The notes: generated by a model not told the origin, from the letters alone. Positions 40,892 to 52,593 are shown, counted from the first letter of the stretch. The stretch: 64,000 nt of DNA from a candidate division FCPU426 bacterium (GCA_963830915.1 CAWHOE010000034.1:11839-75838); one strand, 5' to 3'. Program-made: numbers and translations.

Positions 40892-42340
40892 ATGAGTCCG
40901 ATTGAAGGCCGAGCCCGAAGGGTTATTCATAATACTTTCCTTCTTTTTGGCTCTGAGAAGGCCGCCCAATTATTTTCATTGTTGGTTTTCATGTTTCTGA
41001 CCCGGCGATGGGATGTGGCCACCTATGGGCAATACGCTCTCATCAAGAATTGGGTGGCCATATTCGCGACTTTTAGTGACCTTGGTTTGAACGCCCTGAC
41101 CATTAGGGAAGTGGCCCATCGCCGGAGTTTAGCGGGGTTTTATCTCCGGAACGTCATGGGAATAAGGTCACTTTTCTCCATGGCGCTGTTGGGCTTGTTG
41201 GGTTTGGTTGGGATACTTTTCCACTATGAATCGCTGATCAAAGTCGGTTTGGTGATCATGGGCACGAGGATTGTATTGGATTGTATTTCGGGTGGTTATG
41301 TCTATTTGCTTCAAGCGCATGAACGGATGGGAGTCCATGGTTTGATTGTGGTCCTTTCCAGTGTGATCCGTTTATTGGGGATCGTTCTCGTAGTTTGGCT
41401 AGGAGGCGGCATATGGGGGGCTTGCGCGATTTGGGTTTTGGCCAGTGCCTTTTCGCTTTCCGCTCTTTCTTTCATTGGGATACGAAGCAAATGGGTGCCT
41501 GATTTTTCCAAATGGAAATGGGATGAAGTGGGGAAGGTCCTTCGTTTAGCCCTTCCTTTGGCGACCTTTTGGTCCCTTCAGATGCTTTATTTCCGGGTGG
41601 ATACGGTCATCCTGAAAAGCCTCAAGGGCAATGAAGCGGTCGGTTTATATGACGCTGCCTACACGTTTTTAAATAGTATTTTGTCTTTGTCCCAATTATT
41701 CGGACTTTCCACCTTGCCCGTCTTTTCCTCGGCGCAAGATAAGAAATCGGATTTTGGAAGATTGGCGATCCGTTCGATCAAACTACTTTTATTCTTGGGG
41801 ATCCCGATCACGGTGGGAGGTGTCTTATTGGCAAGACCATTGATCGTCCTGTTTTCGGGACAGAAATACCTGCCAGCCAGTCCTTTCTTCGTTGTTTTGA
41901 TCCTTTCAACTGTCCCATTTTTCATTTCGAACATCTATATCAATGTTTTGACCGTGAAAAACCCAAAAATGTTGAATCTTCTATATTTCACCCTTTTTGT
42001 AATGAATATCGCCTTCAATTTTCTGCTCATCCCGACCTGGGGAGCGACGGGCGCGGCTTGGGCCACCGTTTTCTGCGAATGGATCGGCTTAGGATGGGGG
42101 CTTTGGATGATGCGAGAATACATTCTAGGCGCGCCTAAACAGGGTTTTGTTCAATCGGTTTTTGTATCTTTGGCGGCCGCAGGCATAATGGGTCTTGCCA
42201 TTAACCTGGATCCCCGGCTTTACTGGCTAGTTTTGGGACCGGTGATCTACGGAGTGGGGATGTATCTTTTCAAAGGATTGGATCGACAAGACATGGCAAG
42301 CCTGTGGTCCGCATTAAAGATATACGGGAAAAGGGATTGA
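40892..42340 (+). CDS. Wzx-type flippase 1
   Basis: Polytopic. DLGL, YFRVDTVIL, VGLYDAA and NFLLIPTWGATGAAWAT. Confidence 0.88.
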   Translation: MSPIEGRARRVIHNTFLLFGSEKAAQLFSLLVFMFLTRRWDVATYGQYALIKNWVAIFATFSDLGLNALTIREVAHRRSLAGFYLRNVMGIRSLFSMALLGLLGLVGILFHYESLIKVGLVIMGTRIVLDCISGGYVYLLQAHERMGVHGLIVVLSSVIRLLGIVLVVWLGGGIWGACAIWVLASAFSLSALSFIGIRSKWVPDFSKWKWDEVGKVLRLALPLATFWSLQMLYFRVDTVILKSLKGNEAVGLYDAAYTFLNSILSLSQLFGLSTLPVFSSAQDKKSDFGRLAIRSIKLLLFLGIPITVGGVLLARPLIVLFSGQKYLPASPFFVVLILSTVPFFISNIYINVLTVKNPKMLNLLYFTLFVMNIAFNFLLIPTWGATGAAWATVFCEWIGLGWGLWMMREYILGAPKQGFVQSVFVSLAAAGIMGLAINLDPRLYWLVLGPVIYGVGMYLFKGLDRQDMASLWSALKIYGKRD

Positions 42341-43674
42341 TCAAGAACGACCTCAATTACTACTGGGAAAAATATTTTTCCCACCGCAAACACCTGCTGA
42401 ATCGGGCTGGAATTATGGCTGGTGCCCGCATTATTGGGTTGGGTCTTGGTTTTTTCGGCTCGGTTTGGGCAGCCCGTTGTCTGGGTCCCCATAACTTTGG
42501 GATTTCTGGGATGGTACTAGGGGTCGTTGTCCAGGCTTCCCTGGTCCTGGGTTTGATGAACGATACGGTTTTGATCAGAGAATTTAAAAATGCCCCGGAT
42601 ATCGAGTCCAAAACCCGGTTGGTTAAAGTGTCGATGGGTTTTCGTTTAATAGCTTGTCTGATCATCTCACTGGTGGCAGTTTTTCTTTTGGTCTTTCACC
42701 TTCTTCCTTACGACTACCATTTTGCCGGTTGGCTGTTTTTGCCGATCATGATTCTGACCGGTTTTCAACCGCTCTGGGTATTCCAAGCGGCTGAAAGACA
42801 ACACTTCCAATCCCTTATCGCGGTGATCCAACCGTTATTGATGGCCATACTTTACTTTGGGTTTTTCAAACCGGGGATGTCGGCAGGAGCGGATCTGGCT
42901 GTTAAAACAGCCATCCTGTCGATCATGATTTGGATCTATTGGGGGGCCCTTTTCCGCTGGTTGCCTCTTAATGGGAAATGGTTCGATAAGGGGTATTGGG
43001 AAATGGTGAAATCACTGATAGCGCGATCCCGATGGATGTTCGCAGTGGGGTTGGCTATCAATGTTTATGCCAATCTGGACTTGCCTTTAGTGGGCTGGCT
43101 CTATTCATTGGATGAATTGGGGAAATACCGAACCGCCGTTTCAATCATGGGTTCCGCTCAGTACATTTTTGATATCGTGCCAAACATCCTCTACCCGAGG
43201 TTCTTGGAATGGAAAAAAATGGGAGAAGAAGTGTTGTGGAGGCGACAGGTAAAACTGGCATGGGTCTTTTCCGGTCTGGGGGCGGTGGGCACGATCCTAG
43301 CTTTTCTCATCATGCCGACAGTTTATCCCTTCGTGTTTACGCCGGCCTTTTCCAGGGCGGCTATTCCTTGTGTTATCCTGCTCGGCTCGAGATGCCTGAT
43401 CATGGTAACGACCATTTTATACATGGGATTAGTGACCGACCCTCGGTATGACAAAAAAGTATTTCTTATTACCCTTTTGACCGCGGTCCTGTCCTTGACA
43501 TCCAATTTGATCTTCATCCCTAAATTTGGTATGTACGCCGCAGCCGTCACCAATGTGGCCAGTGAAGTTCTCGTTCTCTCGTTGTGTGTCGTTGTAGGTT
43601 TGAAAAAGATCGCCGCGTCCCGAACCGAGGCGGCGCGATTATCTGAATTTCTGACCGGCGGAAATGAGAAATAA
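42337..43674 (+). CDS. Wzx-type flippase 2
   Basis: ARCLGPHNFG, LGKYRTA and NLIFIPKFGMYAAA. Confidence 0.82.
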   Translation: MIKNDLNYYWEKYFSHRKHLLNRAGIMAGARIIGLGLGFFGSVWAARCLGPHNFGISGMVLGVVVQASLVLGLMNDTVLIREFKNAPDIESKTRLVKVSMGFRLIACLIISLVAVFLLVFHLLPYDYHFAGWLFLPIMILTGFQPLWVFQAAERQHFQSLIAVIQPLLMAILYFGFFKPGMSAGADLAVKTAILSIMIWIYWGALFRWLPLNGKWFDKGYWEMVKSLIARSRWMFAVGLAINVYANLDLPLVGWLYSLDELGKYRTAVSIMGSAQYIFDIVPNILYPRFLEWKKMGEEVLWRRQVKLAWVFSGLGAVGTILAFLIMPTVYPFVFTPAFSRAAIPCVILLGSRCLIMVTTILYMGLVTDPRYDKKVFLITLLTAVLSLTSNLIFIPKFGMYAAAVTNVASEVLVLSLCVVVGLKKIAASRTEAARLSEFLTGGNEK

Positions 43675-43789
43675 ATACCAAAAGGTTAAAGGTTTGTTTG
43701 GCATCCCTGCAGACTGTTCTTGTGACTTCATGTTTTTCAAGCGAATATCTCCTGTTCTGAACCCGCTAACTTGTGGAGGTTGAGAATGC

Positions 43790-44260
43790 CTGATGGTTGG
43801 TGAGTACCTTAGCGGTGAGTTTTGCTCTGAATCGGTTGATGAACATATACTATGCCATTCAATTGACCTCGGGTTGGACCAAACGGATTTATTTTATAAA
43901 TTTATTTTCGGCTTTTATCCACGTGCTTTTGATCATCCTGCTTACTCAATTGTACGGTGCTGTCGGCACAGCTAGTGTTTGGGTTTTGGTAATTACTGGA
44001 TATATTTTGATCGCAATGCCCATCGTGCTTAAGCGTTTGTAAAAAAAGAAACGAGGATATGATATATTCAAGATGCTATTGGGCTTCTAGCTGGACCTTT
44101 GGTGGTGGTATTGGCTGCCTATTTTCTTAACCCCGTGAACCAATTCGGATCTTTTTGGAAATTGTTTACTTTTGGCACAATATGGACCATGGCTACGCTC
44201 TCAGCTGTTTTTTGTCCCAGATACTTTGGAATATGGGCCTTCGTTACATCAGAAAACAAA
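43790..44260 (+). pseudogene. Remnant C-terminal part of a Wzx flippase
   Basis: LNRLMNIYYAIQLTSGWTK and YGAVGTASVW resemble Wzx C-termini. No N-terminus, interrupted by stops. Confidence 0.55.
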
Positions 44261-44272
44261 AAGGAGGTTTGA

Positions 44273-45541
44273 ATGGCTGATTTAAAAACTCCTACGGGTG
44301 CTACCCAAGCTGAAAAATCCACGTCGAGACCCTTTTTTTCCATAATTATTCCCACCGTGAATCGGCCCGATTTCTTGGAGGCTACACTTAAATCGGCTCT
44401 CTGGCAGACCTTTAAGAATTACGAAGTAATTGTATCCGACAGTTCTGACAACGATGAGACGCAAAAGAGGATCCGGAAAATTATCCAGAAAGAAGCAGAT
44501 TCGTCGCGGCTTCGCTGTATTCGGCCCGGTAGATGGATGAATATGCCCGATCATTTGGAATTCGCCTCCGGTTATGCTACAGGCACCTATGTTCTTTTTA
44601 TGACGCATCGCCGCGTGATGAGACCAGGTGCGCTGGAATATTTATTTTCCAAAATCAAAACCGCGCCTCCCGGAATTGGATTGGTTAGCTGGTATGATCA
44701 TGGGGCTATTCGGATTTATCAGGAATAGTGAATGGCGGGCCCTTTTCGGGGGAAACCAAACTGATTCAGTCCAAGGAATTGGTGAAGGATTTCGCCACCT
44801 TTGAGCAATGGAAGGAAGGCGGATATTGGGCTCAACAGCTTCCGCATACCTTTAATAGCTGCTATCTTTCCAACTTGGGGGAGGAGGTTCGTAAAGACTA
44901 TAACCGAATATTTTTTCCCCGTGTCACCTGATTTTATGGCGGGTTTTTTAATGTTGGCTCATACTCCGGAAGTCCTCTATCTCGATAGCCCGCTTTATTT
45001 ACAGCATTCAGGTAAATTTGTAGGAAACGGTACCGTTAGTTTCGTAGAGGGGGTCGAAAAATTTACTAGCACTTTTCCGGAAATCGATCCTTTCGAGGGT
45101 GTGCCCATTCGTTTAAACACCTTATTTAACACCTTGGCCCGTGATATTTTGAGGGCCAAGGAAATGGTTGGGAATAAGTATTCGGACATCCAGCCCAATT
45201 GGGTGGGCTATTATGTGAGCAATTATTTGGAGATCATGGATAAAGAACAAGTGGGATCGGGAATGGATATTTTGAACCTTTATTCCCTTTGGGAAGAAGG
45301 TGTGACCCGTCTTTCGGCGGAGCAACAGCTCCAGGTTCGGGAGATTCTCAAGGGGTTCCAAAAGCGCAGGGCTTCTTTTATCCTTCTTCGTAGACTGGTG
45401 CGGAAAATGGGCTTGGCACCCTATTACTCCATCGTCATTGGTAAAATCCGTAACCTCCGTCATCGGATCACCGGGAAGCCTGTTTATTCCTCTGTTTTTG
45501 AGGCCGCCATCGACACTGATAACTTATCGCCGAAGTCATAA
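44273..45541 (+). pseudogene. GT2 glycosyltransferase split by two frameshifts (about 44705 and 44915)
   Basis: FSIIIPTVNR and EVIVSDS. Three consecutive ORF pieces join at G and T/C homopolymers. Confidence 0.65.
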
Positions 45542-45609
45542 AGGATTTTGATAAATTAAACGAGACATTAAACCCCAATGAAATCCTTGAAAAAATCATT
45601 GAACGGATG

Positions 45610-45880
45610 ATGACTTCCGAAAAAATCTTTAAGCTTTTTTGATTTTCCTTCCCTTTTGTCGGTCTTTTTCCATGACCCCCGTATTTGGATGCCAAGGACA
45701 AGATTGGGCATGAGCCCCACTATCTGGTCATCATCAACAGCCTTTTAATGGATGAGGACCTGGACTACAAAACGATTACGATTCCGGTCGGGAAGGCACC
45801 TGGAAGGCGGGAAAAAGCGCATTGGGGAGTCCTTGGACTTACAAACGGAGCTGTTGGCCCGGGGTTAACAGGTTATTAGC
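45610..45880 (+). pseudogene. Fragment of a GT-C-like membrane protein gene
   Basis: GHEPHYLVIINSLLMDEDLD resembles the GDEPHY..SL..D.DLD motif of uncharacterised GT-C-type proteins. Flanked by stops and frameshifts. Confidence 0.4.
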
Positions 45881-46154
45881 TCCAAAGTCTATCGGGACAC
45901 GAATAAATGGAAGGAAGAAGCCCATGGCGTTTGCCTCGGGCTTTTTTATCCTATTTTAAACAGGCATTTACGCAGGTTTATTTGCATAATGAAAAACCGG
46001 CTGGAGAATATTTCCAATATAATTCGTCTACGCTCAATTAGCTGATTTTGAGAAAAAGTTACTCATTGAAAAAGTGGGCGTTTTTTTGGTTTGAATAGAG
46101 TAAAAAATCAGCACTAATAAATAATCTTTAGAAACAGCAGGAATTGGACGGAAT

Positions 46155-47327
46155 GTGGTGTTAAAAAATCGTAATAAATTAAAACAAGATCCTGATAGAT
46201 CCTACTTTTTCAAATCACCTATCAAGACCCAGTTTATACGTTTCGTTGACACGATGGGTTCCTTCTTTTTCCATGAAAAAAATGCGCCTATTGTCTGGCG
46301 GGATATTAAAAGAATAGCCGTCCTGCGTTTAGACCACCTAGGGGATGTACTATTAGCTTTGCCGTTTTTGGAAGCCTTGAGAATGTCTTTGCCTCAGCTG
46401 GATATCGATCTATACGCCGGTCCTTGGGCCGAAGAACTGATCCGACTAGCGGGATTTAAAATAGGCTTCAAGGTTTTTAACGCCCCGTGGTTCGACCGAG
46501 CCAATCTACATCCCTGGTCTTTGAAGGGAATTCAATCCTTAAGCCGAAAGTTAGCTATGGGGCGGTATGACGCGGTCATCGATTTAAGAGGGGATTTTCG
46601 TCAGATCATCGCCATGAAATGTTCCGGGATCCCCATTCGGATCGGACAAATAAGAACCGGCGGTGGATTTTTATTGACCCATCCGTTGGTCTATCGGAAA
46701 GGTTTACATGAGATTGACAGGAACCTGGAAATTTTGTCTCAACTGGGTTTGAGCCCTTCAATAAACAGTGTCTCGCCTAAGATTATCCCAGCCGATGATA
46801 ACTGTAAGTCCGATAAACAGATACGAAGAACGCTTTCTATAACAAAACCAGTCATAGCACTGCATTGTACTTGTTTGGCCAGCGCTAAACGCTGGGGAGA
46901 AGAAAAATGGCGCCAACTGGCGGAATCACTCCCGGATAATGTGGATATAGTGGTGTTGGGTTCGAAAAATGAACAGAAAGATGCGGAAAAGATTTTCAAC
47001 GGCTGTCAAAGGAAGGTTGTATTTGCTATAGGTTTATTTTCCTTAGGAGATTTGGCCGCTTTTTTAAAGGCATGTAAACTTTTCATCGGGGTTGATTCAG
47101 CCCCTGCCCATATTGCCGCATCCGTAGGGACGCCGGTGATTTCCCTATTTTCGGGTACCAATGAATCCAGCCAATGGAGCCCGCGTGGTCCGAAGGTCAT
47201 GGTCCTTCAAAAAAAAACATCTTGTTCACCTTGTGAACTAATGGTTTGTCCCATCGCTAATGAGTGTATGAATCAAATTATTGTGGAAGAGGTATTAAAG
47301 GGTTCGGATCGCTATCTGCGGAATTAA
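46155..47327 (+). CDS. GT9 heptosyltransferase-family glycosyltransferase
   Basis: RLDHLGDVLL, AKRW and GVDSAPAHIAASVGTP. Confidence 0.9.
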   Translation: MVLKNRNKLKQDPDRSYFFKSPIKTQFIRFVDTMGSFFFHEKNAPIVWRDIKRIAVLRLDHLGDVLLALPFLEALRMSLPQLDIDLYAGPWAEELIRLAGFKIGFKVFNAPWFDRANLHPWSLKGIQSLSRKLAMGRYDAVIDLRGDFRQIIAMKCSGIPIRIGQIRTGGGFLLTHPLVYRKGLHEIDRNLEILSQLGLSPSINSVSPKIIPADDNCKSDKQIRRTLSITKPVIALHCTCLASAKRWGEEKWRQLAESLPDNVDIVVLGSKNEQKDAEKIFNGCQRKVVFAIGLFSLGDLAAFLKACKLFIGVDSAPAHIAASVGTPVISLFSGTNESSQWSPRGPKVMVLQKKTSCSPCELMVCPIANECMNQIIVEEVLKGSDRYLRN

Positions 47328-47407
47328 ATGATCGTTACGAAGACGCAAATAATATAAGGCCGTTCAGTGTTCTTTGATGTCATTGAGGATCCATTTCTTA
47401 AATAAGA

Positions 47408-48589
47408 TCAAATCCCAGCTAATGTTTTTACGAATTCTTCCTCGGATACAGGCCGATAATTACTTGTTTTGGAGTCCAATTCACTGAATTCTCGATAGGT
47501 ATTTTCCAAGGCCCGGGTGAGTGATGATAAGGAGTTATTCTCGAAAAAAACGGTCTTATTGTATTGGGCCCCGGCCCATCCCAACCAACCGTAATTCGTG
47601 GAAAGGATGACCTTGCCAAGAATGGCGGTTTTCGCGAAAAAAGCCGATGTCCCAACATGACTGCGATATGGAAGGCATACCACATCCATTTGATCCATCA
47701 AATGGATTAGCTCATCGTTCTTCAAATACCCATTGAAAACCTGGAATCGATCCCCCAAAACACTTTCGGCTTGTTTGAATTTTTCAAGCAGTGCAGGGTC
47801 GAAGAAGTGTCCGGCATAGATCAATCTCGCGTCGGAAGGAAGATCGGCCTTAAGAAACGCGTCGATCAAGAAATCCGGTCCTTTTCGATCGCCTGAACGG
47901 GCCCCTCCAGGGAAACCGAAACAAACCCCTTTTTTACGGTCGGCGGAGGGTTGAGCCGGTCTTTGGTTGAGATAATCGCCCATTGAGTAAAGGGGTTCAG
48001 GACAAACCGTCAGAGAAATTCCGAATTTATCTTTAACCCTTTTGATCGCCCATTGGTCTAGATAAGTGGCTTCCACAGGAGCCCGCGATTTCAGCCAAAA
48101 AGAAATACGGTCCTTCAGATGAGCGAGAACATTCCGTCCGGGGTAAGCGACGCCCAGATAAAGGAGACAGCTATGGATCTTCAAACGACCTGGGGTCCAG
48201 CCCAAAAGACTGGCAATGCCGAGCGTTTTAACCAAAGCATCCGCAGTACTCACTATTAGGGCATGGATTTGACGTTTTTTCAGTTCTTTCTCGATTGCCC
48301 TGAATCGGGTCCAAAGGGCTAGTGATTTTTCTTCACTGAAATTATCACCGACAACCATTGTGGTGAATCGGCCCTCTAATGGTTTCAAATGAACTTGGTA
48401 TTCTTCGGAACGAAATGTCGATTGGGTAGAAATGAAAAGAAGCGGTTTTTTTGTCTTTTCGTAAATATGGCGAATGAGTATTTCGACAAAAGCCAAAGTG
48501 TGCCCCGCGTGATTATCTTCCCAAACAGCTATCTCTGGATTGGTTTGGTTCATGGTTCCCTCGGTTATTTCTTTGTTTTCATTATGCAT
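47408..48589 (-). CDS. GT-B fold (GT4-like) glycosyltransferase
   Basis: GHTLAFV, RKGPDFLIDAF and DVVCLPY. Confidence 0.7.
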   Translation of the reverse strand: MHNENKEITEGTMNQTNPEIAVWEDNHAGHTLAFVEILIRHIYEKTKKPLLFISTQSTFRSEEYQVHLKPLEGRFTTMVVGDNFSEEKSLALWTRFRAIEKELKKRQIHALIVSTADALVKTLGIASLLGWTPGRLKIHSCLLYLGVAYPGRNVLAHLKDRISFWLKSRAPVEATYLDQWAIKRVKDKFGISLTVCPEPLYSMGDYLNQRPAQPSADRKKGVCFGFPGGARSGDRKGPDFLIDAFLKADLPSDARLIYAGHFFDPALLEKFKQAESVLGDRFQVFNGYLKNDELIHLMDQMDVVCLPYRSHVGTSAFFAKTAILGKVILSTNYGWLGWAGAQYNKTVFFENNSLSSLTRALENTYREFSELDSKTSNYRPVSEEEFVKTLAGI

Positions 48590-48681
48590 CTCGATGGTTT
48601 TGCATTGTTACATACTATCGAAATTTAGTTGAAGTTCGCTTGGAAAAAATCTTATAGGTGTATCTGTCGAATGTTCCGCCC

Positions 48682-49815
48682 TTATCCCAATTTACTCAAA
48701 CCTAAATAGAGCCCATGGATTTGTTCAGCGATGATTTGGTTAGAATATAGACGCAGGACTTGTTTTCGACCCCCGAGTCCCGTTTTTTTCCTGAACTTAA
48801 CCGATTGGGCCAAAGTCATTATTTTTTTGGATAAATCCTCAACATCCCCTTCTTTAAAAATAAAACCTGCCTTTCCGATAACTTCTGGAATGGCGCCAGA
48901 GTCTGAGCCAATCACTGGCACTCCGCAAGCCTGGGCTTCAATGATCACCCTGCCGAATTGTTCTTTCCAGGTGGGTGTGGTTAGGGAGGGAAGGACCATG
49001 ACATCCATGCAATTGAGATAATCGGGCACTTGGGACTGATCCATGGCGGCCACCCATCGGATTTTGTCAGCAAGACCCAATCGAACCGCTTTCTGTTCCA
49101 AATCAGCCCTCAGTGGTCCATTTCCAACGATCAATAGTTTGGCTTTCGAGTTCTTCAACAGGGCGAAGGCTTCAAGGAGGTGTTGGACGCCTTTTTCAGG
49201 CACTAAACGGCCCAAATAGCCGATGGTGAAAGGCCCGAGTTCTAATTCTTTCTTTAGATTGGAAACGTTCTTTTTCCGAAACATCTTGGGATTGACCCCG
49301 TATTGGGGAATCACCGATATCGCGGCCTTGGGATAAGCGGCTTTCTCCAGAAGTTGACCTGCCTCCAGGTCGCCTGCGATGGCGTGGTCAGCGGTCTCCA
49401 AAACATAACGTCGGATCGATTGGTGGGGAAACCCGAATTTTTCCAAAAGATTTTCCCAAGTGAAGAAGACGAGGCGGGCATTCCACTTGCGGGCGGCCCG
49501 AGCCGCTTGCCAAGCGGTCAGACTATAAGGTTCTTCCTCAACGTGGATGATGTCTGGTTTTATTTGTCCCACATGTTTTGAAAAAGACGGGTAGAAATGC
49601 CGCTTGATACGGCCTTCAAAAAATACTGGCGCGGAAATGATCCTGAACCCTTCTTTCTCAGGTGATTGGTCGAATGTTCGAATTCTTTTTCCCGCTTCGT
49701 ACCAAAATTCGGGAAGTAAAAGGGTTATTTCGACATCCTTTTTTTGGGAAAGAAGACGCAATTTTTCCCGATAATTGGGAACGACTGAACTGTGAGAAAC
49801 GAAAAATATTTTCAT
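48682..49815 (-). CDS. GT4 glycosyltransferase
   Basis: GRLVPEKG and WKEQFGRVIIEAQACG. Confidence 0.9.
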   Translation of the reverse strand: MKIFFVSHSSVVPNYREKLRLLSQKKDVEITLLLPEFWYEAGKRIRTFDQSPEKEGFRIISAPVFFEGRIKRHFYPSFSKHVGQIKPDIIHVEEEPYSLTAWQAARAARKWNARLVFFTWENLLEKFGFPHQSIRRYVLETADHAIAGDLEAGQLLEKAAYPKAAISVIPQYGVNPKMFRKKNVSNLKKELELGPFTIGYLGRLVPEKGVQHLLEAFALLKNSKAKLLIVGNGPLRADLEQKAVRLGLADKIRWVAAMDQSQVPDYLNCMDVMVLPSLTTPTWKEQFGRVIIEAQACGVPVIGSDSGAIPEVIGKAGFIFKEGDVEDLSKKIMTLAQSVKFRKKTGLGGRKQVLRLYSNQIIAEQIHGLYLGLSKLG

Positions 49816-49923
49816 GGAATCGCATTATATCTTGGTTTTGCGGAAGGCTAGCCGGATATTTACCGATATACTATCCTCTATAGGTTGATCGAAATACAGC
49901 AAGGGATCCTTAAAGGATGACCC

Positions 49924-51003
49924 GTGAAAATTGCCGTTGATGTCAGGATGATGTGGGCCTCTGGCATTGGTTCCTATATCCGGAATTTAGTGTCACGGAT
50001 CATCGTTCGATACCCTGATATCAAATTCTACCTGTTGGGAAATCCAGCTGAAATGGACCGATGGGAGGGTTTCAAGAAACCCAATGTTCAACGGATCAAG
50101 ACTTCCTCTCCCATCTTTTCCTTTTCCGAACAATGGGAAATCGCCCGAAAGATCCCTTTGGATTCAGCGCTTTTCTGGTCGCCGAATTACAATTTTCCTG
50201 TCCTGTACAAGGGGAAGCTTCTGGTGACGGTCCATGATGTGTTCCATCTGGCCAATCCCCAATTCGTTTCCGGCCCTCATCGAAGGTTCTACGCGAAGTT
50301 TATGTTCAAGAAATTGGTCGATCGGTCGGATGAGATCCTTTGTGTGTCCCAATTCACCAAGAAGGAACTATTGCGATTGGCGGGTGGGAAGGCCGATAAA
50401 ATGAATGTGATCCATAATGGCGTTGACCCGTCCTGGTTCAAGGTCGCAAAAAAGGAAAGGCCCCATCCCAAGCCTTATTTATTGTTTGTCGGGAATGTGA
50501 AACCTCACAAGAATCTGGGCCGTTTATTGCAGGCATTCGCCTTGTTGAAGGATAGGATCCCCCATGATCTGATCCTGATCGGTAAAAAAGAGGGTTTTAT
50601 TACAGGGGACAGGGAAGTGATAAACCAGGCAGAAAGGTTTGGGAAAAGAGTTCGTTTCACTGGTGTATTAGAGGACGAGCAGCTTCATCAATTCTATGCT
50701 TGCGCCGATCTACTTGTTTTCCCCTCCCTTTATGAGGGTTTTGGTCTACCACCTTTGGAAGCCATGGCGAGTGGAACGCCAGTCGCCTGTTCGAATACCG
50801 CTTCTTTGCCGGAAGTCTGCGGAGACGCGTCCATTTATTTCGATCCATATCGACCTGAAGATATGGCCGAAAAAATTGAAAAAGTACTAACGGATAAGAC
50901 TCTTAGGAAAGATTTGATGAAAAAAGGTTTGGAACATGCCCACCGATTCGACTGGGAAAACACGGTAGCCGAAACCGCCAGGATTTTGGAGCGCATGTTT
51001 TAA
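49924..51003 (+). CDS. GT4 glycosyltransferase (mannosyltransferase-like)
   Basis: GNVKPHKN and PSLYEGFGLPPLEAMASG. Confidence 0.9.
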   Translation: MKIAVDVRMMWASGIGSYIRNLVSRIIVRYPDIKFYLLGNPAEMDRWEGFKKPNVQRIKTSSPIFSFSEQWEIARKIPLDSALFWSPNYNFPVLYKGKLLVTVHDVFHLANPQFVSGPHRRFYAKFMFKKLVDRSDEILCVSQFTKKELLRLAGGKADKMNVIHNGVDPSWFKVAKKERPHPKPYLLFVGNVKPHKNLGRLLQAFALLKDRIPHDLILIGKKEGFITGDREVINQAERFGKRVRFTGVLEDEQLHQFYACADLLVFPSLYEGFGLPPLEAMASGTPVACSNTASLPEVCGDASIYFDPYRPEDMAEKIEKVLTDKTLRKDLMKKGLEHAHRFDWENTVAETARILERMF

Positions 51004-51034
51004 GTTGGGAGTGGGAAAAATAAGATGTGGAAGA

Positions 51035-52393
51035 TCAAAGTTTTGACTGAACAGTCCCTCCTGTCGATGGCAAGTTCGATCCTGTTTCCCCTGATTTCAA
51101 CAAGAGCCTTATCGATAGGAAAAAGATAAGCCAATAATCCAACCGGGGGAATGTCTGGCTTAAAAGGAATTGGATCGAAAAATGTATGAGCCAGGCAAGA
51201 AAGACGATCGTTTTCAGATCGGCGTCGGGACTTTTTTTCCAAGCGGTCGTCATATTGGAAAGAACAGCGAATAGGAAAGCCAATACTCCCAAGGTGCCCG
51301 ACTCCAAACCAATTTCGGTCCATGTCACCATTGAAAATTGACTCAGGCCCTGGCTGTTATTGGGACCGACCTGAGGGGTTACGCCGTTTCCCAAGACCGG
51401 ATGTTGCATCCAAAGCGCGAAGCTTTCCTTGGCGTTGGATAATCGATCCCCTTCACTGGAACCTTTTTGATGGATACGTGCCGTTGAATCCACTCCGATC
51501 GGACCCGAAATGAATTGCAAGTAACGGCGCGCCTGGGGAGAGATACAAAATAAACCCATGAAAAGGACGGCGATCAATATCGTCCTGACGGTGACGCGCC
51601 ATAAAGGGTTGAATCTCCGCCGCACCACAAGGAATAAGATCATCAAGGTCAAAAAAACAAATTCCGAAATGATGCCTGTGCGAGAACTGGTGATAATTAC
51701 CGAGCTGACCACGAGGGCCGGGATCCACCCGGATCGATTCAATGGGCGGCGGATATCGGATGAAAATAGGCAGAGGAAAGCGAAGGTCAAGGCGCATCCG
51801 GCGTAAGAGGGTTCGAAATAGAATGCGTTAGGTCGGTAGGTTTGGAAGCCCATAAATCGCCAGGACTCCTGGGCGAAACCAATGGGAATGGAAAAGAAAG
51901 AGACCGCGCCCGGCATGCCTGGACCCAGATCTTGGAAGGAGGTGAAAGACCCGAAAAAATACAGCGCGACGGCTTCCAACCATATGAATCCCGCTATCAA
52001 GACGATCCCCCACTCGAAACCCCGCTCCAGGGATTCTTCTCCCCGTTTATCCAAGCAAATCACCGCGGCCAAGATAATATTGAACAATCCCCATCCCCAT
52101 TTGATGGTGGTAGGGAAAGGCGTGGCTGAGCTAAGGGCGGCGATCTCATAGATCGTGAAAAAGGGTATCCAGGGGATCAAAATACTCAAATGGGTTTGCG
52201 CCTGTGGTGATCGGTCCTTAATTTGATTGAAAAGACGCAAAATGATGGGCAGGGCGGCGAGTAAAAGAAGGGCCTGTCCGAAACGAAAGTTGAAGCCATG
52301 GATCCTTATCGCGAAGACCACATCCGCGCTGGAAAGAAAAAAGAGCAAGGCGAAGAACAGAGCCTCTAATGTCTTTCGGTTTTGCCCGAACAT
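51035..52393 (-). CDS. Wzy polymerase / O-antigen ligase-like membrane protein
   Basis: Polytopic. RPNAFYFEPS, TSSRTG and HPVLGNG. Confidence 0.75.
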   Translation of the reverse strand: MFGQNRKTLEALFFALLFFLSSADVVFAIRIHGFNFRFGQALLLLAALPIILRLFNQIKDRSPQAQTHLSILIPWIPFFTIYEIAALSSATPFPTTIKWGWGLFNIILAAVICLDKRGEESLERGFEWGIVLIAGFIWLEAVALYFFGSFTSFQDLGPGMPGAVSFFSIPIGFAQESWRFMGFQTYRPNAFYFEPSYAGCALTFAFLCLFSSDIRRPLNRSGWIPALVVSSVIITSSRTGIISEFVFLTLMILFLVVRRRFNPLWRVTVRTILIAVLFMGLFCISPQARRYLQFISGPIGVDSTARIHQKGSSEGDRLSNAKESFALWMQHPVLGNGVTPQVGPNNSQGLSQFSMVTWTEIGLESGTLGVLAFLFAVLSNMTTAWKKSPDADLKTIVFLAWLIHFSIQFLLSQTFPRLDYWLIFFLSIRLLLKSGETGSNLPSTGGTVQSKL

Positions 52394-52593
52394 TCGTGTT
52401 TACCTTTAATGAAATGAGATTCTTGAAGGGTGAGAACGCCCTTATACTACCAAACAATTTCGGTCTTCAATATTTTTAATAGCAAGTTTCAGGGCTGTTT
52501 AACATGAAGTGATAAAATGAATTCCTATTTGAATCGCTGGATCGATCCTTAGTCTTTTTGCGGTATAAAACAATCACGCTTTGATCGGAATCT

